Of a DNA stretch of 27,623 nt, positions 17,428-26,805 are shown in pieces (the first letter of the stretch is position 1; the number at the start of each line of letters is the position of its first letter). The DNA lies in NCBI GenBank assembly GCA_048938005.1, contig JBHLMQ010000040.1:1-27623 (forward strand), given 5' to 3'. The notes below the pieces were generated by a model. That model was not told the origin of the DNA. It did no database searches and saw nothing but the letters and a program-made list of their open reading frames with translations. The DNA comes from Promethearchaeota archaeon (GTDB lineage: Archaea; Asgardarchaeota; Lokiarchaeia; Sigyniarchaeales; SOKP01). The translations under genes and the position numbers were made by a program.

Positions 17428-18732
17428 ATGGTTAGTGACCGGGTTACATGTTCAGGTTGTTCACTTCTATGTGATGATATTATCATTAGAAGTGATGGAT
17501 TGTATATTGATGAGGTTATAGGGGCATGCCTGAAAGGAAAAGAAAGATTTGACCAGGTAACAGCAAAAAACAGAATCTTAAGCTCTATTATTCGAAAAAA
17601 TGGTGAATCAAAGAAGGTATCGTTTGATAAAGCATTACAAGAAGCCATTAATATCATTAAAAATTCCACAAAACCCCTCTTATATGGTTTTTCAACAGTA
17701 AGTTGCGAAGCTCAATTGAAAGGACTCGAGCTTGCAAGAATGATTAATGGTTTTATAGATTCCAATTCTACAATTTGTCAAGGGAAAGTTTTGAGTACCT
17801 CAAGGGAAACAGGTATAACGTTAACAACTATTGCAGAAATTATTAATAAAGCGGATCTATTAATGTTATGGGGCGCAAATGCAGCAGAATCAATACCTCG
17901 TCTTTTGAATAAAATTCTTTTCTCACGTGGTAAGTTCCGAATGACTGGGAGAGAAATAAAAACACTAATTGTTATAGATCCGGTCAAAACGGCGTCTTTT
18001 GGAGTAATGGGGGTACGAGATGTTGCACTTCAAATCGAACCAGGAAAAGATATTGATTTAATTCGTGTATTAAAAGAAGAATGTTGCGTTGCAGATAGTA
18101 TTCCAAGAACCGGTGTTGCAGGTATAGATAAAGATGATTTAAAAAGATTATTACTTCATTTAACTGGTGCTGAAAATGGAGTAATTTTTATTGGCCAAGG
18201 GATTCTAAGACCTCAAAATGGTGCAAATGTTATTAAGGAATTACTTGAATTAGTGCAATTAATAAATGTAAAACAACAAAAGGGGCGTATTTCTCTTGTC
18301 ATGTTATGCGGTCATTATAATATGGCAGGTTTTGACCATGTTGCTTTATCAATATATGGAAAAAACCATAGTTTACAATTTTCAAATAATCAATTAATCG
18401 AAACATCAGAAACAATAGTATCAAAAATTTATAATGAAGATTTTGATTGTTCTATAATCGTAGGAACTGATCCAATCTCTCATTTCCCTATTCAATTGAG
18501 TAGAAAATTAATAGGAAAACCTTTAATCCTTATAGATAATAAGCAATCTGCAACATCACACATAGCAGATGTAGTAATACCATCCACTTTAACTGGAATT
18601 GAAAGTGAAGGACTAGCTTATCGTATAGATCACGTCCCAATTGAATTAAAAAAAATCATAAAAGCACCAGCGAATATTATTACTGATGAGGAAATTTTAA
18701 TGAAATTAATTGAAGGATTAAATGGGGCGTGA
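17428..18732 (+). CDS. fwdB: Formylmethanofuran dehydrogenase subunit B, divergent
   Basis: CSGCSLLCDDI...C 4Fe-4S motif, KPLLYG, GHYN, GIESEGLAYRIDHVPI and TDEEIL. Confidence 0.9.
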   Translation: MVSDRVTCSGCSLLCDDIIIRSDGLYIDEVIGACLKGKERFDQVTAKNRILSSIIRKNGESKKVSFDKALQEAINIIKNSTKPLLYGFSTVSCEAQLKGLELARMINGFIDSNSTICQGKVLSTSRETGITLTTIAEIINKADLLMLWGANAAESIPRLLNKILFSRGKFRMTGREIKTLIVIDPVKTASFGVMGVRDVALQIEPGKDIDLIRVLKEECCVADSIPRTGVAGIDKDDLKRLLLHLTGAENGVIFIGQGILRPQNGANVIKELLELVQLINVKQQKGRISLVMLCGHYNMAGFDHVALSIYGKNHSLQFSNNQLIETSETIVSKIYNEDFDCSIIVGTDPISHFPIQLSRKLIGKPLILIDNKQSATSHIADVVIPSTLTGIESEGLAYRIDHVPIELKKIIKAPANIITDEEILMKLIEGLNGA

Positions 18733-18736
18733 GACT

Positions 18737-19108
18737 ATGGAGATGCTATTAAATACAGTAAGAATGATAGATTTTGATCAAGTAAGGGAGCATACTTTCG
18801 GAGATAATAATTCTCTTAAAGAAAAATTAGCAATTGGATTAATTAATCCAGAAGATTTTAATAAACTCAATCTTAAATCAAGCCTTAACCTAAAATTAAA
18901 AAATGATTTTGGTAGTGTTATTATAAAGCCACAGCAAGATAAAAATGTTCCATTAGGTACTGTAATTATGCCTGTTTCAATTTGGGCTAACCAAATTACT
19001 GGAATCGAAAGTAATGAACTAATTTACAAGAACATAATAGTAAACGTAGAAGCTACTAGCGAGTCTGTACTCGATTTTAAAGATTTATTAAATATCATTA
19101 GAGAATAA
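18737..19108 (+). CDS. fwdD: Formylmethanofuran dehydrogenase subunit D-like molybdopterin dinucleotide-binding domain
   Basis: INPEDFNKL, FGSV, GTVIMPVSIWANQI and YKNIIVNVE; ATG 18737 preferred over 18722, which overlaps fwdB. Confidence 0.85.
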   Translation: MEMLLNTVRMIDFDQVREHTFGDNNSLKEKLAIGLINPEDFNKLNLKSSLNLKLKNDFGSVIIKPQQDKNVPLGTVIMPVSIWANQITGIESNELIYKNIIVNVEATSESVLDFKDLLNIIRE

Positions 19109-19129
19109 AAAATATTGGAGTCTATCAAA

Positions 19130-20806
19130 ATGGATAAACTTATTATCAAAAACGGTTTAGTATTCGATCCTATCAACAATATTGAAGGTGAAATAAAAGA
19201 TATTTTAATTGAATCTGGTAGAATAATAGAAAAATTTACTAACGAAAAAAATGTTAAAGAAATCAACGCAAAAGGAAAAACTGTTATTCCTTCAGCTATA
19301 GATATACATACGCATGTAGCATCTCAGCAGGTTAATTGGGCACGATTATTAGGTACAAGTAATAGTAAATTTAAAGAGAATTGGCATGGACTAACTTTAC
19401 AGAACATTGCTAGAGATTATATTTCTAACGGTTATACTTTTATTCTAGAGGCAAATGTTTTTCCATCTTTAGCGAAACAAACTATCTTTAACTTTAAACA
19501 ATTGCCAGTACTAGATAAAGCGATGTTATTAAATATCAGTAATCTTTGGCCTTTGGAACTAGAATTTCAGAGAGGAAAAATTGATGAGATGGCAATATTT
19601 CTATCAGACTTATTATCAAAAACTTATGGATTTGGATTCAAAATTTATAATCCTTTTGAAAACGAATCGTGGAATTTAAGAGTATTAAGAGATAATATTT
19701 CTCACACAGGAAGATTATATAACTTCTCTGCTTTAGATGTATATGAAAATATTGTAAAATGCGTCGAAATTCTTGGATTACCTCACTCAACTCATGCACA
19801 TATTGAAGGTTATGAAAAGCAAATAGGAAAAGAGAATCTTATAAGTGTTTTAGAAAAGATAAAATCATTAAATTTAGAAGCCAGTCAAAAAACTGATTCA
19901 TATGTAAAAAGAGATCAGATTTTTCATATTGCTCATGCAAATTCTTACAACTATGATAATGATAATGAAAACCTAATCAATTTTTTAACTGAAAATCAAA
20001 ATTTTGACATTGATCTCGCTTTTATAGGGTTCAATAAGATAAATCCTCTAATAACTTCAGATAGACGACTAATAAATTCTATGTTAACAAACAACATTCT
20101 TGAAAATCCTCATAAATTAATATGTTCTGCTGTAGAATTTGAAGGTGATTCATTTGTATCTATGAGAAGTTTTGAAAAAAGCAATTATAAGGATTGTATT
20201 TTGTGGGCTAATGCTCTCGATTTAGCTTTAAATATTAAGAATAAGCTTCAAGTTAGTTTAACTCTGAATTTCCCGAATTATGCGAATGTCACTGATATTC
20301 CTGAGATTGTAACTTGGTTGATAAGCAAAGAAGCTCGAGATAATTTTATGAAAGATATGAATAATGATTTTATAAAAAAAAATTCTTTTAAAGATAATGA
20401 AAAAGTTTTAGGATTCTCTGAATTCGTTACTATAACAAGAGTAAGCCCCGCAAAATCTCTCGGATTAGGGAGTATTAAAGGAAATCTAGAGGAGGGGGCT
20501 GATGGAGACATTAATATATTAGATCTTGATATTGATGAAATTGATATCTCGAAGAATCATCAAAATTTAAAGGATGCTTTATCAAATATAGAATACGTTA
20601 TTAAATCAGGTAATATTGTTAAAAAGGAAGAAGATATCGATTTAAATCATCCCGGTTCGATTTTTTGGTCTAGGGGTGAAATTGAAGTCGAAGGAAAAGA
20701 GTTTATATTAGCAAAAAAGAAAGAATTTTATCAAAAATATTCATCAATGTTTTACAATTCTTACAAAATATTTATTGATGAGAGATTTTTAAGAAAAATT
20801 GAATAA
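19130..20806 (+). CDS. fwdA: Formylmethanofuran dehydrogenase subunit A (amidohydrolase fold), divergent
   Basis: LIIKNGLVFDPINNIEGE, IDIHTHVA, KIYNP, LGLPHSTHAH and ITRVSPAKSLGL...GADGDI; ATG 19130 with upstream GGAG preferred over TTG 19115. Confidence 0.9.
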   Translation: MDKLIIKNGLVFDPINNIEGEIKDILIESGRIIEKFTNEKNVKEINAKGKTVIPSAIDIHTHVASQQVNWARLLGTSNSKFKENWHGLTLQNIARDYISNGYTFILEANVFPSLAKQTIFNFKQLPVLDKAMLLNISNLWPLELEFQRGKIDEMAIFLSDLLSKTYGFGFKIYNPFENESWNLRVLRDNISHTGRLYNFSALDVYENIVKCVEILGLPHSTHAHIEGYEKQIGKENLISVLEKIKSLNLEASQKTDSYVKRDQIFHIAHANSYNYDNDNENLINFLTENQNFDIDLAFIGFNKINPLITSDRRLINSMLTNNILENPHKLICSAVEFEGDSFVSMRSFEKSNYKDCILWANALDLALNIKNKLQVSLTLNFPNYANVTDIPEIVTWLISKEARDNFMKDMNNDFIKKNSFKDNEKVLGFSEFVTITRVSPAKSLGLGSIKGNLEEGADGDINILDLDIDEIDISKNHQNLKDALSNIEYVIKSGNIVKKEEDIDLNHPGSIFWSRGEIEVEGKEFILAKKKEFYQKYSSMFYNSYKIFIDERFLRKIE

Positions 20807-20918
20807 ATTTTTACTTAGCCGTAAATCAATAAAAACAAAAAAAATTTAAAATCATTTAACTAATTATTTCATAATTTCGTAAAAAATAAAAAAAAATTAG
20901 TAATCCAATTTGATAATT

Positions 20919-21581
20919 ATGAGCGCACAAAAAAAATGTCCCCAATGTGGTAAGATAAATCTCCCTGATAATAAATTCTGCAAAGAATGTGGTACTGAAC
21001 TTGTAGAATATAGTGCTGAAGATTTTGTAATTATAGAACATCTAAAAGGTTCTTTATATGGTAGTATAGCTTGTTTAGTCATATTTATAGGATTTATGAT
21101 ATTAGTCTCGTATGCTGTAATTTCTGAAATAGGTGCTACTGCAATAATAGCCCTTTTAATCATATGGCCAATAGTTTTGCTTTTCATGGCATGGGCAGTA
21201 CTATATTTACGAGGACTTTCTAAAATTAGAAAATTCATTATTACAGAGGAATTTATTGAAATTATTGTTCCACATAAACCATATTTTAAAGTTAATTGGT
21301 CTGATTTTGATTCTATCGAAATTACAAAAAGAGAATCAATGACAGCAATTCCTACAACAGATAGAATAATATTAGGTCCTAGGTTTGTATATTTCACACT
21401 GATTTTTAGGGGAACTAGTTATGAACAGAATTATGAATTCGAATCAGGTAAAGATTTCAAATCAAGAACGAGAAAAAAAATTTTAATTGCTTTAGAAGAA
21501 TATGCTACAAGAAAAGGTAAGAATTTTACAGGATGGAGATGGAAGGATAAAAGAAGGGCAAAAAAGGCTTTAAAAGATTAA
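20919..21581 (+). CDS. Zinc-ribbon membrane protein (2 TM helices plus a soluble domain)
   Basis: KKCPQCG...FCKECGTEL then two hydrophobic helices; ATG at 20919. Confidence 0.8.
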   Translation: MSAQKKCPQCGKINLPDNKFCKECGTELVEYSAEDFVIIEHLKGSLYGSIACLVIFIGFMILVSYAVISEIGATAIIALLIIWPIVLLFMAWAVLYLRGLSKIRKFIITEEFIEIIVPHKPYFKVNWSDFDSIEITKRESMTAIPTTDRIILGPRFVYFTLIFRGTSYEQNYEFESGKDFKSRTRKKILIALEEYATRKGKNFTGWRWKDKRRAKKALKD

Positions 21582-21680
21582 TTAGTAGATCATAAAAATA
21601 TCTAAATTATTAAGGAAAAGAAATAAAATTTTTTTATAATATTAATAGCTAAATTCGTTTTAACAATTTATGTTGAATAA

Positions 21681-23186
21681 TTATTTCGCCGCAGGGATTA
21701 AAAGGATAAAGTTACTTCCTTTAGAAAAATCACCTTTCACTCTATCTTCAACCCAAATCTCACCTTTATAACTTTCTATGATTTTTTTCACAATGGTTAA
21801 CCCAAATCCCAATCCCTTAGAGTCTTTATCTTTACTAAATCTTTCTTGAAAAATCTGATTTTTCTTCTCGTCCTCTATACCAATTCCATTATCTATGAAT
21901 TCAAATTTAATATAATTTTTATTATTTTTGACCTTTTTTGAAATTTTTATGACAATCTCTACTTTGGGATTATCGTTATAATTTACAGCGTTAATCAATA
22001 AATTATCAAACACATCAATTAAGAGTTCATTAACGTAAACATAAACTTCCTTTTCAAATGAATCTAAATTTATATTAATATCTCTTATTTGTAAATTATT
22101 GCGCATAAATTTTATAGCATCTTTTAATATTTTGATAGCACCAACAGGTTTTAAAGGTTTTTCTAAATTATCGAGATGCGATAATTTATGGACATTAGAT
22201 ACTAACTTTGCACCTCTTACGAATTGCTTTCTAATTATTTCATAAAGATTTTTAATTTCACTTGCTTTATCTGGCTCATTAAGATATACCTCACTAAGAT
22301 CAATTGAGAGTTTTATATTGGAAAGTATATTATTAATGTCGTGATAGAATAAATCTTTATAGAGCTCAGCTCGATTGTATGCTTCTCGATATTTCTCCTC
22401 AGATTGCTTTAATTTCTTTTCTGCTTCTTTTTTCTCAGTAATGTCTCGAGTAAATCCATAAAAACCAACCTTTCTTCCATTAATATCATGTTTTAAATAA
22501 AATGTTCCTTCAAAAATGCGTTTTTTTCCATCATTTCTTATAACTTGACTTTCAAATGTTCCTTTTGGAAGATTATTTCTGTACACATTATTGAAGATTT
22601 CAAATACTTCTGTTATTGTTTCTTTATCTAAAATAGAAGTATAACTCTTTCCTATTAATTTTTCTTTCGAAATCCCTAAATATTTGCAAATATAATTATT
22701 TACATAAACATAGTTTCCATTTAAATCTACTTCAAAATATCCATCTTTAATATTTTCAATAATCTCTCTATATCTTTTATCGGATTCCTTTAATTTTTCT
22801 TCTGCTTCTTTCTTTTCTGATATATCGCTTAAAAGTGCCACAATTTTATCTTGATGGTTATGCTTTACCACTCGACCTCTTGCAGAAATTGGTATATAAT
22901 GTCCCTTTTTATGCCGGATTTTTAGTTCTGCTGAAATAACTTCGTTTGTTTTAAATGTTCTCTTAATTGCATTTAGTGTTCTTGTCATATCATCAGGATG
23001 AACAAAATCGATAGATAGTTTTCCTATTATTTCTTCAGGAGTGTAACCAAATAGATCATAAACTTGAGGATTAACATATTTAATTTTAAAGTCAAAATCT
23101 AATTCTAATATAACATCTAAGATGCTATTAATAAGATGGAAATATTTTATTTCAGTTTTATTTAATCCAATATTAGAGTTCTCCAT
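21681..23186 (-). CDS. Cytoplasmic PAS-PAS sensor histidine kinase
   Basis: Two PAS/PAC repeats (YVNPQ...FGYTPEE...VHPDD; RDITEKK), H-box HDINNIL, N-box FDNLLINAVNY, DNGIGI and GLGFGL. Confidence 0.93.
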   Translation of the reverse strand: MENSNIGLNKTEIKYFHLINSILDVILELDFDFKIKYVNPQVYDLFGYTPEEIIGKLSIDFVHPDDMTRTLNAIKRTFKTNEVISAELKIRHKKGHYIPISARGRVVKHNHQDKIVALLSDISEKKEAEEKLKESDKRYREIIENIKDGYFEVDLNGNYVYVNNYICKYLGISKEKLIGKSYTSILDKETITEVFEIFNNVYRNNLPKGTFESQVIRNDGKKRIFEGTFYLKHDINGRKVGFYGFTRDITEKKEAEKKLKQSEEKYREAYNRAELYKDLFYHDINNILSNIKLSIDLSEVYLNEPDKASEIKNLYEIIRKQFVRGAKLVSNVHKLSHLDNLEKPLKPVGAIKILKDAIKFMRNNLQIRDININLDSFEKEVYVYVNELLIDVFDNLLINAVNYNDNPKVEIVIKISKKVKNNKNYIKFEFIDNGIGIEDEKKNQIFQERFSKDKDSKGLGFGLTIVKKIIESYKGEIWVEDRVKGDFSKGSNFILLIPAAK

Positions 23187-23347
23187 GACTATAATCCCTA
23201 TAAATGCTTTTTTTATAAAATAATAATAGTAGAAAAAGATTTATACAAATCCTAATAATACATAAAATTATCGAATAATTAAAATGAATTTGAAATTTGA
23301 TATACATAATTGCAAAAGAATTTTAGGAATATAACTATATTTTATAC

Positions 23348-23406
23348 AATCCTATTTATGTACCTATAGGTCGAACAAAAGGTTGATATGTAAAATAAAT
23401 AGGATT
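23348..23406. repeat. Intergenic inverted repeat / long hairpin
   Basis: AATCCTATTTAT (23348-59) and ATAAATAGGATT (23395-406) are perfect 12-bp inverted arms enclosing the palindrome ACCTATAGGT. Confidence 0.7.
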
Positions 23407-23442
23407 TCAGGTAATTTTTTGTCCCTTAAAATTATTGAAAAA

Positions 23443-24867
23443 TTAGTAATTTAATCCTTTTAACAATTGAACTGTTGTATATATATTTTTACCACCTTTT
23501 CTAAGATAGTTCATTGCTTCCTCAATTCCTTCAACAGTTAGATCAAACATAGGAATAATGCTTGATATGATTTTTCGAGTCCATGGTGCCCACTCTGGTC
23601 TTATTAGTTCTGGGTTTAACCAAACTACACCGTTTTTAAAATGATTTGCTAGCTCTTTAATGTAATAAATTCCAGGCAATTCGTTTCGGTGATAATAGTA
23701 TATCGAACCATATTTTTCTGTAAGTTCCCAACTCGCCATTGCGGCGTCCCCAACAACTACTACTTTGTATTTATTATCATATTTTTTCAAAAAATCGTTA
23801 AATTCCATAGCTTCATCCGGATTCCTTCGAGCATTGAGATATAGGGATTCATAAATACAATTATGGAAATAATAATATTTAAATTCGCGCCAGTGTGACA
23901 TATTATTAGCTGCAGAGAAGAGAAGATTAACTAAATGAGCATAAGGAGTCATACTACCTCCAACATCCATTAAAAGTATTAATCTAACATTGTTTTTTCT
24001 TTTTTTATCAAAAACAATTTCAATATCTCCACAATTTTTTGCTGTTTTATCAATAGTCTTATCCAAGTCTAATTCATCTTTTTTTCCAATCTCTTCAAGT
24101 TTTTTAAGTCGTTTTAAAGCTACTTTAATTTGTCTGGTATCTAAAACGATATCTTTTCTATAATCTTTAAATATTCTTTTTTGCGCGATTTGAACGGCCA
24201 TCCGCGCACCAGATGACCCCCCAATTCTCATACCCATTGGATTTTGGCCCCCATGACCGAAAGGTGACGCTCCTTGAGTACCAATCCAATGATCCCCTCC
24301 ATGGTGTTCTTCATCCTGCTTTTGCATTAATTCTTCGAATCGTTTTTGCATTTCTTCAAGGTCAAAAAATTGACTTAACATCTCTTGAAAATTTCCATCT
24401 AATTCTGAGAGATCGAGATTTTTTTCTAACCATTTCCAGATTTCATCTTTTATCTCATCTGGAGCGCTTATAATCAGATTATCACTATATTCCGGCCCGT
24501 ATTTTTTCAGAAGTTCTTCAAGAAACTGTTCTAGATTCTCGATATTAATATATTGCTTATATTCTCTTAATATTAGTTGTAAACCTTCTATAAGTTCCGG
24601 CAACGTGATATCTTTATTAAGCCAGTCCCAAATTTCTTGTTTTATATCTTCCGGGAATTTTATCATTGCATCTTTGAAAAAATTCGCGAAAGCAATATCG
24701 TAGATGTCGAAGTGGTGTTCATTTTTACACAGAATTGAGCGTGAAACGTAATAGAACTCCACCATGTTATGAATAAGCCCTTGATTAAGAGCTTCCATTA
24801 GGGTCATGTATTCCGTAATGCTAACTGGTAAACGTTCTTTTAGATAATAAAAATATTCAACAAACAT
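23443..24867 (-). CDS. VWA-domain CoxE-like protein
   Basis: HHGGDHWIGTQGASPFGHGG, ELDLDKTIDKTAKN, MIDAS-like LLMDVGGSM, YYYFHNCIY, VVGDAAMA and VWLNP. Confidence 0.9.
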   Translation of the reverse strand: MFVEYFYYLKERLPVSITEYMTLMEALNQGLIHNMVEFYYVSRSILCKNEHHFDIYDIAFANFFKDAMIKFPEDIKQEIWDWLNKDITLPELIEGLQLILREYKQYINIENLEQFLEELLKKYGPEYSDNLIISAPDEIKDEIWKWLEKNLDLSELDGNFQEMLSQFFDLEEMQKRFEELMQKQDEEHHGGDHWIGTQGASPFGHGGQNPMGMRIGGSSGARMAVQIAQKRIFKDYRKDIVLDTRQIKVALKRLKKLEEIGKKDELDLDKTIDKTAKNCGDIEIVFDKKRKNNVRLILLMDVGGSMTPYAHLVNLLFSAANNMSHWREFKYYYFHNCIYESLYLNARRNPDEAMEFNDFLKKYDNKYKVVVVGDAAMASWELTEKYGSIYYYHRNELPGIYYIKELANHFKNGVVWLNPELIRPEWAPWTRKIISSIIPMFDLTVEGIEEAMNYLRKGGKNIYTTVQLLKGLNY

Positions 24868-25011
24868 TAATTAGAATTTTCAAAAAATTTTTCTATTATT
24901 TATATAGAATTAATCATCTAATATAGATTTACATTATATTTTAGAAAAATTTGATCGATAAAACGCAATTAAAGCTGGTATAAGAAATATGATTATATGG
25001 AATCTTTGATT

Positions 25012-25662
25012 TTACTTTGCTAATAAAACATTTTTAGTTCTTTTTCGCTCTAAAGTTAATCTTATTATTTCATCTATTAAATCGTCTGTCATTTTAGCAG
25101 GTATACCACATAGCAATTCACAATCACTAAAAATTCCATTTCCTCGAGAATTAAAGCATAAAAATGAAAAATTTACCTCATTTCGTTTAATTACATAAGC
25201 CGTAACTTCACTACATACTCCATTTATTGCACCACACGTTATTTTTAATGGTTTTTGATATAGTCTAACATATGCTTCGATTAATTTCATGCAATCATGA
25301 GGATTTAGAATTAATATTATACTATCATAATCTTCAGGCTGGAATTTATTGATAGGGAAAAGTAAAATATACTTAAGTCCTTTTACTTCCAATTTCATTG
25401 TTAATTCTATATTATCTGATTCTTTAAAACCTAGCATAACGTCTGCAGTATGACAAGAGAAATCACCTTTCTTTATTTTCAGGAATTCTCCTTGTGAAGC
25501 TCTTTTTACAAATTCACAATATCTTTCTTTTTGATTTGCTTCTTTAAATTTAGGATTTATAATTATTCTTTTATTATGTTCATAAATGAGTTTCACTCCT
25601 ATTAGATCTGAATTCAAGTTTAACACTTGTTTTAATTTTTCAAATTTATTTAATTTCATCAA
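25012..25662 (-). CDS. DUF169 domain protein
   Basis: IGVKL, YCEFVKRASQG, C.....LG, GVCSE, SFLC..SR and ELLCGIP pattern. Confidence 0.8.
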   Translation of the reverse strand: MMKLNKFEKLKQVLNLNSDLIGVKLIYEHNKRIIINPKFKEANQKERYCEFVKRASQGEFLKIKKGDFSCHTADVMLGFKESDNIELTMKLEVKGLKYILLFPINKFQPEDYDSIILILNPHDCMKLIEAYVRLYQKPLKITCGAINGVCSEVTAYVIKRNEVNFSFLCFNSRGNGIFSDCELLCGIPAKMTDDLIDEIIRLTLERKRTKNVLLAK

Positions 25663-25748
25663 ACTTCTCTTTTCTCAATTAACTTAGAATATAAAAAGTT
25701 GAATCCAGTGATATTAAGGAGGTTCTTAAAAATTTAAAAAATCAAATT

Positions 25749-26114
25749 CTAAAACCACTGTGTGGCATCTGCTTCTAAAACTAAATCGTTCAGTGTTGCT
25801 GCACCAACAATCTTGACTCCTGGAATTAAATCTACTTTATCCCATCCTAACATCCTCTTTGATGCCTCACATACAAGAATTTCGATACCCATTTCTAATG
25901 TTTTATCAATCATTTCCCTTACACTTGGAAAAGAACCAAGTTTTATTTTTTCAGCTTCCCCTGGTTTTAAAATCCTTAATCCTGTACCTAAATAATAAAC
26001 TGTAGCTTTGAGATCCATAGCTTTGGCTGTTTGAGCTAACACTAATGGTGAATATTGACGTTCTGGATCATGACTGGTTTGTACATATAGAATATGTTTC
26101 TCTTTTTCACTTAT
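25749..26114 (-). CDS. DsrE/DsrF-like family protein (peroxiredoxin/sulfur-relay-like), about 121 aa
   Basis: The reading frame extends upstream of the tracked GTG (26042) as SEKEKHILYVQTSHDPERQYSPLVLAQTAKAMD..., up to ATA at 26114 preceded by SD AGGTGAT; family motifs ILVCEAS and VGAATL. Confidence 0.85.
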   Translation of the reverse strand: MSEKEKHILYVQTSHDPERQYSPLVLAQTAKAMDLKATVYYLGTGLRILKPGEAEKIKLGSFPSVREMIDKTLEMGIEILVCEASKRMLGWDKVDLIPGVKIVGAATLNDLVLEADATQWF

Positions 26115-26657
26115 GATACATCACCTTCCAATTTTTTAATATTAATAAATTAAACATATTTTTTTTAAATTATAGCTATACTCAAAGAGCATCAGAATTT
26201 ATTAAATCTCACGTTTATATTTCAGAAATAAAAACTGTAATTTATTATTAAAAATTGGTTCCTTTTATCCATGATTTATAAATTATCAATCGTAGCCATA
26301 GTAAAAAAAATTATATGAATTTGTGTAAATGGTAAAGAATTATAGAGATAAAATTTCTCATAAGTATAGATAAAATCTTTAAAGCTACTGGAATCACTAT
26401 AAATTTCAATTTAATTTTGTTATTTTAGATAATTTGCACAATATTCATAGTTTTAATAAAGAACTTTACTATTTTTAACAAGGATATTATTATTATGATT
26501 AATTATTATATGCTTTTATTGCAATGTTGTGATCGGTTGTATACACTTTAACTTAATTTTAGATCATTGGATGTATGTTTTGATATATTTGATATGTTTC
26601 TTTTCGATAGATTTATATATGATAAGTGACATTATATTATTGGAAAGGTCAATTTAT

Positions 26658-26709
26658 TTCCGAGTTTCAACAGTCCTAATTTCAACTATAGAAAAATTCC
26701 GAGTTTCAA
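26658..26709. repeat. 13-bp direct repeat TTCCGAGTTTCAA x2
   Basis: Exact copies at 26658-26670 and 26697-26709, with a partial TTTCAA at 26680-85. Confidence 0.7.
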
Positions 26710-26805
26710 TTTCGTAAAATTTCATTGAATGATAACTTGTTTAAAAAAATATTTGATTCGAATTGATCTTTTCGATGGTATATAAATTAAAAAACAAAAA
26801 AAGGG

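Noticed and set aside
18730-18732. TGA stops of fwdB, the FwdH-like gene, A2M and the 334-aa membrane protein as possible Sec codons
   Set aside because: They fall at plausible C-termini with no redox-motif context; the FwdB metal ligand is encoded as Cys (TGT)
21681-23186. Orphan histidine kinase without an adjacent response regulator
   Set aside because: Stand-alone PAS kinases are common in such archaea; not unusual
1641-25995. Nested or antisense ORFs in the track (1641-1856, 3274-3564, 10502-10699, 12995-13285, 15386-15613, 16311-16679, 17409-17669, 17778-17987, 19024-19266, 20278-20511, 20856-21041, 20897-21397, 24213-24473, 25762-25995)
   Set aside because: They overlap well-supported genes in another frame or strand and lack recognisable motifs; shadow ORFs
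26658-26709. Possible degenerate CRISPR array (GTTTCAA-containing repeats)
   Set aside because: Only two 13-bp copies with a 39-nt period, too short for a repeat-spacer unit, and no cas genes
26529-26717. 62-aa GTG-start ORF in the intergenic region
   Set aside because: No SD or motif, composition typical of translated AT-rich spacer, and it overlaps the direct repeats
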